A DNA stretch of 64,000 nt from Spirochaetales bacterium (GTDB lineage Bacteria; Spirochaetota; Spirochaetia; JABEVK01): NCBI GenBank assembly GCA_027451945.1, contig DAIDHT010000034.1:812-64811 (forward strand), read 5' to 3'. Below the pieces are notes generated by a model. It worked only from the letters and a program-made list of their open reading frames with translations. It searched no databases and was not told where the DNA came from. Positions 27,482-36,215 of this stretch are shown here, piece after piece. Position 1 is the first letter of the stretch. The number at the start of each line of letters is the position of its first letter. Both the position numbers and the translations under genes were made by a program.

Positions 27482-28546
27482 ATGACCATCGACAAGTATA
27501 CCCAAAGGCTAGAAAAGATTGAAGCTGCTCTAGCCCGAGTTTTGCCCCCCTCGGCAGACTCAACCTGGCTCACCGCTGTGGCGGGAGAGTCTTTGCTAGA
27601 TGTTCGCCCCGAGGCCTTCAACGATATTACGGCTCCCTCGTGGGCCCTTTTAAAGCGGGGTGGGAAGCGTTGGCGTTCCTTGGTAATGGTCTTAGGTTAT
27701 GAATTGGCGGGTGGCGAGGCCCAGGACATTTTTGAACTAACTACGCTCGTGGAACTTCCGCATACCGGCAGTCTCATCATCGATGACATCGAGGACAAAG
27801 CCGTTGAGCGAAGAGGCGGCCCTGCTATCCACCTTCAGTTTGGTATCGACAAAGCGATCAATGCGGGGAACTTTTTGTACTTTGAGCCGACGTATTTGAT
27901 CGAACAAAGCCGTCTCGAAGATTCAGTCAAACTTCGTCTGCTGGTTTGCTACCTGCGTGTTATGAGGCGGCTTCATTTTGGGCAGGGTTTGGACATACAA
28001 TGGCACAACGATCATGATTTTATTCCCTCGAGGTCCGAGTACCTCAGAATGTGCCGCTACAAAACTGGTGCTTTGTCCCGTTTAGCCGCAGAAATCGCTT
28101 TTGCCGCAGCGGGGCGTTCTGATTTAGAAGCAGACGCCTTTGGAAGGCTATGGGAAGATATAGGGGTGGGTTTTCAAATTCTGGACGATGTCAAAAACTT
28201 GGTGTCCGGTAACCCCGGTAAACAGCGGGGCGATGATATTGTCGAAGGCAAAAAGAGCCTTCCGGTGTTGTGTCATGCGTCGGCGAGTCCCCAAGCGGGA
28301 CGCGACGTGCTCGAGATTTTTCGCCAAGTTGACGCTTTGCGAACGGAAGGTAAGCCCTATCAAACCGAAGTTGAGCGTGCCATTGCGCTGATGGAAGGCT
28401 CAGGCGCGATCGATGAAGCAAGGGCCATGGCCGAAAGCCTATTGTCGCGTTCTGCGTCGCTTTTGCGCTCGGGGTACCCCAACACCGAAGCCCGTCAAAG
28501 CCTGGAAGAACTCTTAGAAAGCTTTTTTCAGGGGGCCAATCGATGA
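27482..28546 (+). CDS. Trans-polyprenyl diphosphate synthase (GGPP synthase-like)
   Basis: GGKRWR, FARM LIIDDIED, RRG, GQGLD, KTGAL, FQILDDVKN, DIVEGK; probable start ATG 27482. Confidence 0.9.
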   Translation: MTIDKYTQRLEKIEAALARVLPPSADSTWLTAVAGESLLDVRPEAFNDITAPSWALLKRGGKRWRSLVMVLGYELAGGEAQDIFELTTLVELPHTGSLIIDDIEDKAVERRGGPAIHLQFGIDKAINAGNFLYFEPTYLIEQSRLEDSVKLRLLVCYLRVMRRLHFGQGLDIQWHNDHDFIPSRSEYLRMCRYKTGALSRLAAEIAFAAAGRSDLEADAFGRLWEDIGVGFQILDDVKNLVSGNPGKQRGDDIVEGKKSLPVLCHASASPQAGRDVLEIFRQVDALRTEGKPYQTEVERAIALMEGSGAIDEARAMAESLLSRSASLLRSGYPNTEARQSLEELLESFFQGANR

Positions 28547-29202
28547 GTCCTTTGCTTGTCAATCGACGACCGTTTTGGCGACGGCTTTTGCCCTTTAGCT
28601 ATTTTTACGCGACCTTGGGGGTGATAGCCCTTAACCTGCTGGTCTTTTTGTGGAATCAGATGGACCCCAATAGTCGGGGTTTGGTTGCTTTGAACGCGAC
28701 GGCCGTGTGGGAATACGGGGCTTGGTGGCAGATTTTTACCTACATGTACGTTCACGCGAATATAACCCATATTCTCGTCAACATGATAGGCCTTTTCTTT
28801 TTCGGACTCGCTCTAGAGCATAACCTGGGGAGCTGGGAATTTCTGCTGTTCTACCATGTCGTTGGCTGGCTGTCAGGAGCGTTTTCTCTTCTGCTTTATA
28901 CCATCCTCGGTTCTGATGTTTGGCTTATGGGTGCGTCGGGCGCCATTTTTGGGGTCATGTTGGCCTATGCGACCTTTAGACCCAATGATCGCGTTCTTGT
29001 GTTCTTTGTCATACCCCTTCGCGCTATCACCATGGTGCTGGCGTTTACGGTCTTTGAGGTGGTTTCACAAATCATGAATCCCTATTCGGGGGTAGCGCAT
29101 CTAACTCATCTGGCTGGGTTCTTTTTTGCCTTCTTTATCCTCTGGGGTCGCTACGGGGTTAATCCATGGCAAGTCATTCGGCACCAAGATCGTTTCTTGT
29201 AA
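28543..29202 (+). CDS. Rhomboid intramembrane serine protease
   Basis: WWQIFTYMYVH...HILVNM, GASG, AHLTHLAG. Confidence 0.93.
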   Translation: MSPLLVNRRPFWRRLLPFSYFYATLGVIALNLLVFLWNQMDPNSRGLVALNATAVWEYGAWWQIFTYMYVHANITHILVNMIGLFFFGLALEHNLGSWEFLLFYHVVGWLSGAFSLLLYTILGSDVWLMGASGAIFGVMLAYATFRPNDRVLVFFVIPLRAITMVLAFTVFEVVSQIMNPYSGVAHLTHLAGFFFAFFILWGRYGVNPWQVIRHQDRFL

Positions 29203-29211
29203 GGACTGCAG

Positions 29212-29898
29212 ATGAAGCTCCTTTTCGTGCTGGTGGCCAGCGTTTTGGTGGGGTTAAGCACTGTTGAGGTTTCTCAGGCCGAAGACCTAAGCTCTGATAT
29301 GCTTCAAGTGGAAGTTTGGGCACCTTTGGCCTCTATAAGCCCCGGTGAACTTACTCCGCCGCCCCCACCTTCGACGTTGCCGATTCAACTCTTAAAAGAA
29401 GCGCGGTGGCTAATTTCGGGCATGATCTTTGGCTGGCATTTTGTCTATGTTCCTTCTGATAAAACGCGTCAGGTCGCTGAAGTTCTCACCCTCAAGCCTT
29501 TGGGGGAAATCCCTTGGGGTGACCCGAGGTTGTCTGTAGCTACGACTCGGGTGGATCGGCAGAACAACCAGTATTCCGTGAGCATTACATACCTTTTGTC
29601 GCCCGTCGAACAAGATTTACGCACGGCATGGGCTTCGGCTGAGCTCCATTCCGCCGGTGGGCGGGGGGAATGGGTGGGGGTTGATAGCTTAAAGGGAAGG
29701 CAGGCGGTGGTGGCCCAGACGGTAAAAGCCGCCGTGAGAAACTTTTTACGGCCTAAGATTTTTAATAAGCCAGAACGTATCGAAGGGGATGTCTTGCTCC
29801 TGCACTCCCCGCTGATTGGGTCTGAAGCGGATCAGTTAGATTGTACAGCAGAGTTCCGCCTTAGGCTCACTCTTGTACAAGCGTATCCGGTGTATTGA
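29212..29898 (+). CDS. Hypothetical exported protein
   Basis: Signal peptide; AAGGA SD; 228 aa, co-oriented with the rhomboid gene. Confidence 0.7.
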   Translation: MKLLFVLVASVLVGLSTVEVSQAEDLSSDMLQVEVWAPLASISPGELTPPPPPSTLPIQLLKEARWLISGMIFGWHFVYVPSDKTRQVAEVLTLKPLGEIPWGDPRLSVATTRVDRQNNQYSVSITYLLSPVEQDLRTAWASAELHSAGGRGEWVGVDSLKGRQAVVAQTVKAAVRNFLRPKIFNKPERIEGDVLLLHSPLIGSEADQLDCTAEFRLRLTLVQAYPVY

Positions 29899-29930
29899 GT
29901 TGGCGTTGGCCAGGATTATTTCCATAAAAA

Positions 29931-30362
29931 TTATTTCCAAAAAAGGGCTGCTGGCCAGGCCAATACCAAGCCCACAAGGATCCCAACGACAATTTCGGGA
30001 AGAGTGTGCCCAACCATTTCGTTGATGGCGACTCGCTGGTTCGCCGGCAGGCTTTCTTGGAGCCGATTGACCACCCGTGCTTGTTTCTGAACATTGCCAC
30101 GTAATTTGTAGGCATCAAAAATCACAATAGCACTGAAAACTGCCGCCAAGCCAAACAGATTGGAGGACGGCCCCTCATAGACGGCAATAGCCACACTCAA
30201 AGAGGTCACAAAAGCCGAATGGGCCGAGGGCATACCGCCGAAGGTCAACAGATGTTTAAGCCTAAGCTGTCGAGTTTTGATCGACAAAGCTACCCACTTG
30301 AAAATCTGACTGAGTACTTGCACGGCAACGGCAATGACGAGAGATTTAGGCAGGATATTCAC
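29931..30362 (-). CDS. Divergent PAP2 family (DUF212) membrane protein
   Basis: GGMPSAHSA, VIFDAYKLR, EMVGHTLPEI; probable GTG start at 30362. Confidence 0.88.
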   Translation of the reverse strand: MNILPKSLVIAVAVQVLSQIFKWVALSIKTRQLRLKHLLTFGGMPSAHSAFVTSLSVAIAVYEGPSSNLFGLAAVFSAIVIFDAYKLRGNVQKQARVVNRLQESLPANQRVAINEMVGHTLPEIVVGILVGLVLAWPAALFWK

Positions 30363-30504
30363 ACGGACTAGTTTAGGCGAATTGTGCAAAAGACACAACT
30401 GAGCGTAAACACTGACTTCGATAACCCAGAAAGTATGGGGTGTTCCTTGAATTTTTGAAGAAGCTACGCTACATTTATGGTCGTTAGTTAGACTATAATG
30501 GACA

Positions 30505-30759
30505 TTGAAGGTAAAAGTGGGCAATAAGACTTTAACGCCAGAAACCTCTGTCACGCTTAGTGTTTTCGGTCTCGATCAGCATCCTAATCCGAGATCTGTG
30601 ACGGCATCCTTAGAACAGCTCCGCGGAGTTCGCACTGCTAAGCTTGATTTAAAGAAAAAGCTTGTCAAAATTGTTTGGAATCAATCGGCGAATTTGACGA
30701 AAGAGGAGCTGATTTCAGCTGTCTTTCGCTGTGGTGTTGCTGCCGAAGAGCTGGCCTAG
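30505..30759 (+). CDS. HMA/CopZ-like domain protein lacking CxxC
   Basis: TLSVFGL...SVTASLEQLRGVRTAKLDL....VKIVW.....EELISAV...G pattern of the HMA fold. Confidence 0.6.
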   Translation: MKVKVGNKTLTPETSVTLSVFGLDQHPNPRSVTASLEQLRGVRTAKLDLKKKLVKIVWNQSANLTKEELISAVFRCGVAAEELA

Positions 30760-30775
30760 TGCTCTAGTGCTATAG

Positions 30776-31150
30776 TTACTTCGCTGAGCGGCGAGAAAAC
30801 TCGCTGGTCCAGGCGTCGGTATGAAAAACCCCCAGGAACCGTTGGACGCTGGGCTCAACCTGGGGCCACAGGGTTGTTGCCGTAAGAAAATCCGCTTGTT
30901 TACCACAAATTTCCAACTGCTCCAATAAGGCACAGCCTTCGTCGGCGGCCACTGCACGCAGGGCTCCTTTTAGCTGATGGGCGTACATTTCAAGATCTTC
31001 GGCGTTGTGCGTCATTAAGGCCTTTTGAAGGTGATCAAGGCGTTCGGGAAGAGTAGCCTCTACCGTCTTAATCAATTCCCGATAGAGATCCTTGTTGCCG
31101 TCTAAGAGACGAGCCGCTTTTTCGGCATTGAGAGGCAAGTTGTCCACCAT
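30776..31150 (-). CDS. Stand-alone Hpt phosphotransfer protein
   Basis: LDGNKDLYRELI, YAHQLKGA (phospho-His); start reassigned to ATG 31150. Confidence 0.88.
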   Translation of the reverse strand: MVDNLPLNAEKAARLLDGNKDLYRELIKTVEATLPERLDHLQKALMTHNAEDLEMYAHQLKGALRAVAADEGCALLEQLEICGKQADFLTATTLWPQVEPSVQRFLGVFHTDAWTSEFSRRSAK

Positions 31151-31237
31151 GCTTTCATGGTACTCTGAAGTGACTATGCTGGCAACTGACAACTTGACTG
31201 ACGGGCACCCGGCGTCGAAACTAGCACAGGAGGCGTC

Positions 31238-32038
31238 GTGAAAATTCTTCTGTGCGCTGTCCTGATTTTTAGTCAAACCCTAAGCTTACCAGTCGAGCTA
31301 TTGGGCTTACCAGTAGCTCTGGTGGGGGCTTCCCCCATTAGTTCGCCCCCACGAGGGGTTACCCCGGTGGCGATCGGTTTTGCCCAGGGCTTTCCACCGT
31401 ATCAAGAGCTTGATTCACAGGGTAAACCCCAAGGCCTGGATGTGGAATTGACCAAGGCCGTCTTTGCTCAAACCGGAATTCCCTACTATCTTTCTGCGGG
31501 GAAGTGGGATAACCAGCTGGCACGCTTACGGTTTAACTTGGGCGTAGATGTGCTTATGGGGGCGGAGATTACCTCTGATCGTTTGCAGACTTTTCGCTTC
31601 AGTGAACCACTTTACACCCGTCAGTCAGCCCTTTTGGTTCCTGCCAACAACCATAGCATCCATTCGTTAAGCGATCTTTCTGGACTCATCGTAACGGGCG
31701 ATCGGGGGAGTCGTGCTGAAGAACTTCTTAAACGCCTGGGAATCCTCGAGCGGGTGCGTTTACGTGAAACTTCTACCAAGGCCCAGGCCTTTCAGCTTTT
31801 AAAAGAAAAAAAGGTAGATGCTTGCATCATGCCCGAAGCGGTGGGGGTGACGTTAGCGCGGCAGGAGCATTTTTCTGTGCGTCTGATTCCCCTTTCTGAA
31901 ACGGGGACTCCGGTGGGGTTTGCGTTTCGGCCTAGTGAAACCTCATTAATCTACAAAGTCAATGAAGCGATCAACACACTCCGCCGACAGGGCCAACTGG
32001 CAAAGATCCTTAACCGCTGGTTAAAAAAGAGCGGGTAG
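31238..32038 (+). CDS. Polar amino-acid substrate-binding protein (SBP family 3)
   Basis: GFPPY, GLDVEL, ITSDRLQTFRFSEP, VDACI, GQLAKILNRW; GGAGG SD. Confidence 0.88.
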   Translation: MKILLCAVLIFSQTLSLPVELLGLPVALVGASPISSPPRGVTPVAIGFAQGFPPYQELDSQGKPQGLDVELTKAVFAQTGIPYYLSAGKWDNQLARLRFNLGVDVLMGAEITSDRLQTFRFSEPLYTRQSALLVPANNHSIHSLSDLSGLIVTGDRGSRAEELLKRLGILERVRLRETSTKAQAFQLLKEKKVDACIMPEAVGVTLARQEHFSVRLIPLSETGTPVGFAFRPSETSLIYKVNEAINTLRRQGQLAKILNRWLKKSG

Positions 32039-32188
32039 AAGTTGTAGGGGAATGAAGAGCGATCTCCGATGACTTCCCGAGCCGGGCGTTGACATGCTAT
32101 AAAAAGTTCTGCCGTACCCGCGTGAGGTGTTTCTTTTGAACGTTTTTTGATCGACGCGGCGGGCAAGTTTTCCCACGGAGCGATTTTG

Positions 32189-33727
32189 ATGGATCAGGAT
32201 ACTCTGGTGAAGAGCCTTCATCCCCTTGAGGTTAAGGTTTTGCTCACCTTTGGTACCGGTGTTCCCCTGACGGCGGGGGTACTGGGTGAAAAGCTTGGGT
32301 ACAAGGTAGGGCAAGCCAACCAGGCGTTTTCGTGGCTGTGCGGTAAAGGCTTAGCACACGAAACCGGCAGGACGTCCAAAACCGTTTATGAGATCACTGA
32401 GCTAGGTAAAGAGCAATTAGCAGGCGGAACCCCCGAAGAAAACCTCCTTAAAGCGCTCGATAAGGGCCCCGTCGCCATGGCTGAGGCGGCTCAACTTTTA
32501 GGTTTAGAGCAAAAAGACATGGGGAGTGCCTACGGCCAATTGGCTAAAGAAGGCCTTGTGGCCATGGACGACAACAAAAGGATTGTTAAAAAAGCCGCCG
32601 AGAGTCCGCGTCTAAAAACCCTCCGAACCTTACTGCAAAAAGCCTCTGAAGCCGATTTGGATGAGTCGGTACTCTCTGAAGACGAAAAGGCTATTTTGTC
32701 GGCAAACGCAAAAAAACGAGGGGCGGCGGCATCGGTCTTTAAAGTCAGCGAGCGTGAAACTGTGGTTTATGAATTAACACCCGAAGCAGGATCGGCGGTT
32801 TCTGCCATTCGAGCCCAAGGCGTGACAGGCGACGAATTGGGGGCTTTAACGCCGGCTTTGCTTGCCTCGGGTGCCTGGAAAACGGGAGTGTTTCGTCCTT
32901 ATAATGTGGCGGCCCCCCCCTCGCGGTTGGTAATTGGGCGGCGTAACCCCTACCAGGAGTACATTCTTGGTGTCAAAGACAAGTTGGTTTCGCTGGGTTT
33001 TGAAGAGTTCGACGGCCCCCTAGTCGAAACAGAGTTTTGGAACGGTGATGCGCTTTTTATGCCGCAATTTCACTCAGCTCGCGATATTCACGATGTTTAT
33101 TATGTAAAGAACCCCACCCACGCCAAAGAGATCGAACAGCCTTGGCTGGATCGTATTGCGGCGGCACACACCAACGGTGGCGATACGGGAAGTCGTGGTT
33201 GGGGCTACAACTTTGACCGCGATTTTACCCGAAGGCTGATCCTGCGATCTCAGGGAACCGTCTTGTCGGCAAAACAGCTCCCGAAAGCGAAAATTCCTGG
33301 AAAATATTTTGGCGTGGTGCGATGTTTCCGCTACGATCAGGTCGATGCCACCCATGGCGCAGACTTTTATCAAACCGAAGGGATTGTCTTGGGTTCGGAT
33401 GTGAATTTGCGTACCTTGCTGGGCCTTTTGAAGATGTTTGCCATTGAGGTTGCCGGAGCAACCGAAGTTAAGTATGTTCCCGGCTATTTTCCTTTTACGG
33501 AACCTTCGGTAGAAGTTCATATCAAACACCCCGTTCTCGGTTGGTTTGAAATGGGTGGCTCGGGAATTTTCCGTCCTGAAGTCACCAAGTCGCTGGGGGT
33601 AGATGTCCCGGTTTTGGCCTGGGGGTTAGGCATCGACCGAATGGCGTTGATGTCTCTGGGGCTTTCGGATATCCGAGAACTCTTTACCGCAAATATCGAA
33701 AATGTTCGCTTAAGAAGAAGGAGCTAA
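32189..33727 (+). CDS. pheS: Phenylalanine-tRNA ligase alpha subunit, archaeal/eukaryotic type
   Basis: FWNGDALFMPQFHSARD, FRYDQVDATH, YFPFTEPS, GSGIFRPE, WGLGIDR; long N-terminal extension; GGAG SD before ATG 32189. Confidence 0.96.
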   Translation: MDQDTLVKSLHPLEVKVLLTFGTGVPLTAGVLGEKLGYKVGQANQAFSWLCGKGLAHETGRTSKTVYEITELGKEQLAGGTPEENLLKALDKGPVAMAEAAQLLGLEQKDMGSAYGQLAKEGLVAMDDNKRIVKKAAESPRLKTLRTLLQKASEADLDESVLSEDEKAILSANAKKRGAAASVFKVSERETVVYELTPEAGSAVSAIRAQGVTGDELGALTPALLASGAWKTGVFRPYNVAAPPSRLVIGRRNPYQEYILGVKDKLVSLGFEEFDGPLVETEFWNGDALFMPQFHSARDIHDVYYVKNPTHAKEIEQPWLDRIAAAHTNGGDTGSRGWGYNFDRDFTRRLILRSQGTVLSAKQLPKAKIPGKYFGVVRCFRYDQVDATHGADFYQTEGIVLGSDVNLRTLLGLLKMFAIEVAGATEVKYVPGYFPFTEPSVEVHIKHPVLGWFEMGGSGIFRPEVTKSLGVDVPVLAWGLGIDRMALMSLGLSDIRELFTANIENVRLRRRS

Positions 33728-33731
33728 CGCC

Positions 33732-35441
33732 GTGCCCAAGATTGAAGTCAAACAAGCTGGCCTGGAACGCTATTCCACCTTAAAGCCTTCGGTCGACGAG
33801 CTCGCGGAAATGTTGCCTGCCGTCAAAGGCGAAGTAGATGAAGTTAACCGCGAAACCGGTGTCTTGAAGCTGGAATTCAACGACACCAACCGTCCAGATT
33901 TGTGGTCAACGGCGGGTGCCGGGCGTGCACTGCGTACCTACTACACCGGTTGGTTGCCAACTTATGAGTTCTTTTCGCGTCCTGGGCGCAGTTTGCCAGA
34001 CGAGGGACGGCGTGTCACGGTAGACCCGTCAGTGAACGAAGTTCGTCCGTATTTGGCCGCTTTTGCTTTGAGTGGTCCCGCCATGGATGCCGTGACGCTG
34101 GATGATTTGATTCAAACGCAAGAGAAACTATGCTGGAACTTTGGCCGCAAACGCAAGTCGATTGCCATGGGCGTGTACCGCTCACAGAGTATTCACTACC
34201 CGGTCCGCTATCAGGCCGTGGACCCCGATACGACGCGCTTTCAGCCGTTGGGCCTTGAAAAAACGCTAAGCCTGCGTGAAATCTTGAAAGAACACCCTAA
34301 GGGTGTGGAGTATGGCCCCATCGTAGCGGGGTTACCGAAGTTCCCGTTTTTGACGGATTCGCGTGGCGAGGTGTTGTCTTTTCCTCCGATTATCAACAGC
34401 GCACACTTGGGAGCGGTTCAAACGGGCGACCAAGAACTCTTTGTGGAAATGACCGGTACGGATTTGCCCAGTTTGACGTTGGCGGTGTCGATTGTCGCCT
34501 GTGACTTGGCGGATGCGGGCTATACAATTCTTCCTGTCACGGTAGAGTACCCCTATGACACACCCTTTGGTAAGACAGTTACTTTTCCCTATTATTTTCA
34601 AGAAGAAGTGAAAGCCGAGCTGGGCTTTATTAACAAATTATTGGGGATCAATCTCGTCGGAGAAGAGGCTCAAAACGCTTTAGCCAAGATGGGAGTGGCT
34701 TCCCGGTATGGTAATGGCATTCTCACCGTGATTCCCCCTGTGTATCGCAATGACTTTTTGCACCCCGTGGATGTCGCCGAAGACGTAGCGGTCGGCCGGG
34801 GGTTGGCTTCTTTTGAGCCAGAACGTCCCTCGGATGCGACGATTGGCCGACTTACGGACGCGGAGCTGTTTGGACGGCGTGTCCGCGACCTCATGATAGG
34901 TATGGGGTTTCAAGAAATGATTTTTAACTACTTGGGGAGCCGGCGCGATTTTATTGAACGGATGAATATTTCGGGCACTGACGTGGTACAAATCCTCAAC
35001 CCGATGACCGAAAACTATGAGTACGTCCGAAACTCAATTGCTCCAAACTTGCTCGAAGCAGAAGGTGTTTCGGGCAATGCGTTGTACCCGCACCACATTT
35101 TTGAAGTGGGCAAAGTGGTTCGTCTTGAGTCCTCGCACCGCGAAGGCAGTGTGACGACAAATAGTTTGGGCTGGCTTTCGGCCGCCCCCGACGAAGGGTT
35201 TAACCAAATCAACAGCCGTGTAGCCGCCCTCTTGTACTACCTGGGCAAAGATTACAAGGTTAAAGAGTCTTCGGACCCTCGTTTTATCCCCGGTCGGGCG
35301 GCAGAGGTGTGGATTGACCGAAAAGCACAACCAGAGTTTGCTGGTGTCTTTGGTGAAGTACACCCCGCAGTTCTCGAGAATTGGAACGCGGGGGTACCAT
35401 GCACCTTAGGCGAATTGAACCTTGACGTTCTGGCACGCTAA
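33732..35441 (+). CDS. pheT: Phenylalanine-tRNA ligase beta subunit, archaeal/eukaryotic type
   Basis: NDTNRPDLWS, QEKL...GRKRK, SFPPIINS, RNDFLHPVDVAEDVA, FGEVHP; 569 aa, lacks the bacterial anticodon-binding domain. Confidence 0.95.
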   Translation: MPKIEVKQAGLERYSTLKPSVDELAEMLPAVKGEVDEVNRETGVLKLEFNDTNRPDLWSTAGAGRALRTYYTGWLPTYEFFSRPGRSLPDEGRRVTVDPSVNEVRPYLAAFALSGPAMDAVTLDDLIQTQEKLCWNFGRKRKSIAMGVYRSQSIHYPVRYQAVDPDTTRFQPLGLEKTLSLREILKEHPKGVEYGPIVAGLPKFPFLTDSRGEVLSFPPIINSAHLGAVQTGDQELFVEMTGTDLPSLTLAVSIVACDLADAGYTILPVTVEYPYDTPFGKTVTFPYYFQEEVKAELGFINKLLGINLVGEEAQNALAKMGVASRYGNGILTVIPPVYRNDFLHPVDVAEDVAVGRGLASFEPERPSDATIGRLTDAELFGRRVRDLMIGMGFQEMIFNYLGSRRDFIERMNISGTDVVQILNPMTENYEYVRNSIAPNLLEAEGVSGNALYPHHIFEVGKVVRLESSHREGSVTTNSLGWLSAAPDEGFNQINSRVAALLYYLGKDYKVKESSDPRFIPGRAAEVWIDRKAQPEFAGVFGEVHPAVLENWNAGVPCTLGELNLDVLAR

Positions 35442-35460
35442 CAACGGGGCTAACGGAACG

Positions 35461-35925
35461 TTAAGAAAGAATATGGCGGAGGGCGGCAACGGCGAGTTCG
35501 TGGTCGGCCTCTTGCGTCAACCCTGAAACGGCAAGGACGCCGATTAAGCCGGCATTCTTAATTCTGAGTGGAAAGGCCCCGCCATGAAAGCTGAACTCAC
35601 TCTCGGATAGGCCATATTTTTGCCCGGGAGTCGCCCCGCTTTGGGCCAGCTTACGTCCCATGTATAAACTCGAGTGTCCAAAGCGTAAAACCGTTTTGGT
35701 TTTTCGATCCAGCCAAGAATCGTTGTCGGGTGAGGTGCCCTCCGCGTCGAACTGAAAGGCGCGTTGTCCCGAGCGTGTGATTAAGACGGCGATTTTTAAG
35801 GACTCACGTCGAGCTTTGTCAGCTAGCCACCGCCCTAGCTTCCAGACGATTTCAGCATCAAGCCGTGTCAGCGTCAACTCCGCTTCCAGAGCTAAAAGCT
35901 GGTCTAAATTTTCAGTTGTTTCCAT
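35461..35925 (-). CDS. GlcG/HbpS-like heme-degrading domain protein (UPF0303)
   Basis: GTSPDNDSWLDRK...FGHSS, HGGAFP, VSGLTQEADH; probable start ATG 35925. Confidence 0.85.
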   Translation of the reverse strand: METTENLDQLLALEAELTLTRLDAEIVWKLGRWLADKARRESLKIAVLITRSGQRAFQFDAEGTSPDNDSWLDRKTKTVLRFGHSSLYMGRKLAQSGATPGQKYGLSESEFSFHGGAFPLRIKNAGLIGVLAVSGLTQEADHELAVAALRHILS

Positions 35926-36001
35926 ACAAACAATATACTGCACCCTCGGTCTTAGAGGGAGCTTTGGTGAGTGCTAAACTAAAAGAGGTGAGTGCAAAAA
36001 G

Positions 36002-36039
36002 AAAAAAAAGGCCAACCCAGACTTATGGGTTGGCCTTTT
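36002..36039 (-). terminator. Intrinsic terminator after tRNA-Leu (possibly bidirectional)
   Basis: AAAAGGCCAACCCA (36006-36019) / TGGGTTGGCCTTTT (36026-36039); 8-U run on the minus strand. Confidence 0.88.
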
Positions 36040-36040
36040 A

Positions 36041-36123
36041 TACCGGCGGTCGGAGTTGAACCGACACGGTATCGCTACCGGTGGATTTTGAGTCCACTGC
36101 GTCTACCATTTCGCCACGCCGGC
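36041..36123 (-). tRNA. tRNA-Leu(CAA)
   Basis: GCCGGCG acceptor, anticodon arm GTGGA-CT CAA AA-TCCAC, long variable arm, GGTTCAACTCC T-arm, A discriminator; CCA not encoded. Promoter TTGATC-17-TATAAA at 36162-36134. Confidence 0.96.
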
Positions 36124-36215
36124 GTGCTTGTTCTTTATAAAGAAGAATGCGCCAAAGATCAAGCACCTGTTGGAGTTGATTGGCAACAGGGGCGGTGTTT
36201 CGTTATACTGGGGCT

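Noticed and set aside
32039..32188. T-box riboswitch upstream of pheS
   Set aside because: Too short; no T-box consensus (AGGGTGGNACCGCG-like) or terminator seen.
35951..35998. Canonical CIRCE element
   Set aside because: Only right half-sites in direct orientation; the TTAGCACTC left arm at N9 spacing is absent.
36041..36123. tRNA-Leu as an integration site
   Set aside because: No integrase, no duplicated tRNA 3' end noticed, and no composition shift beside it.
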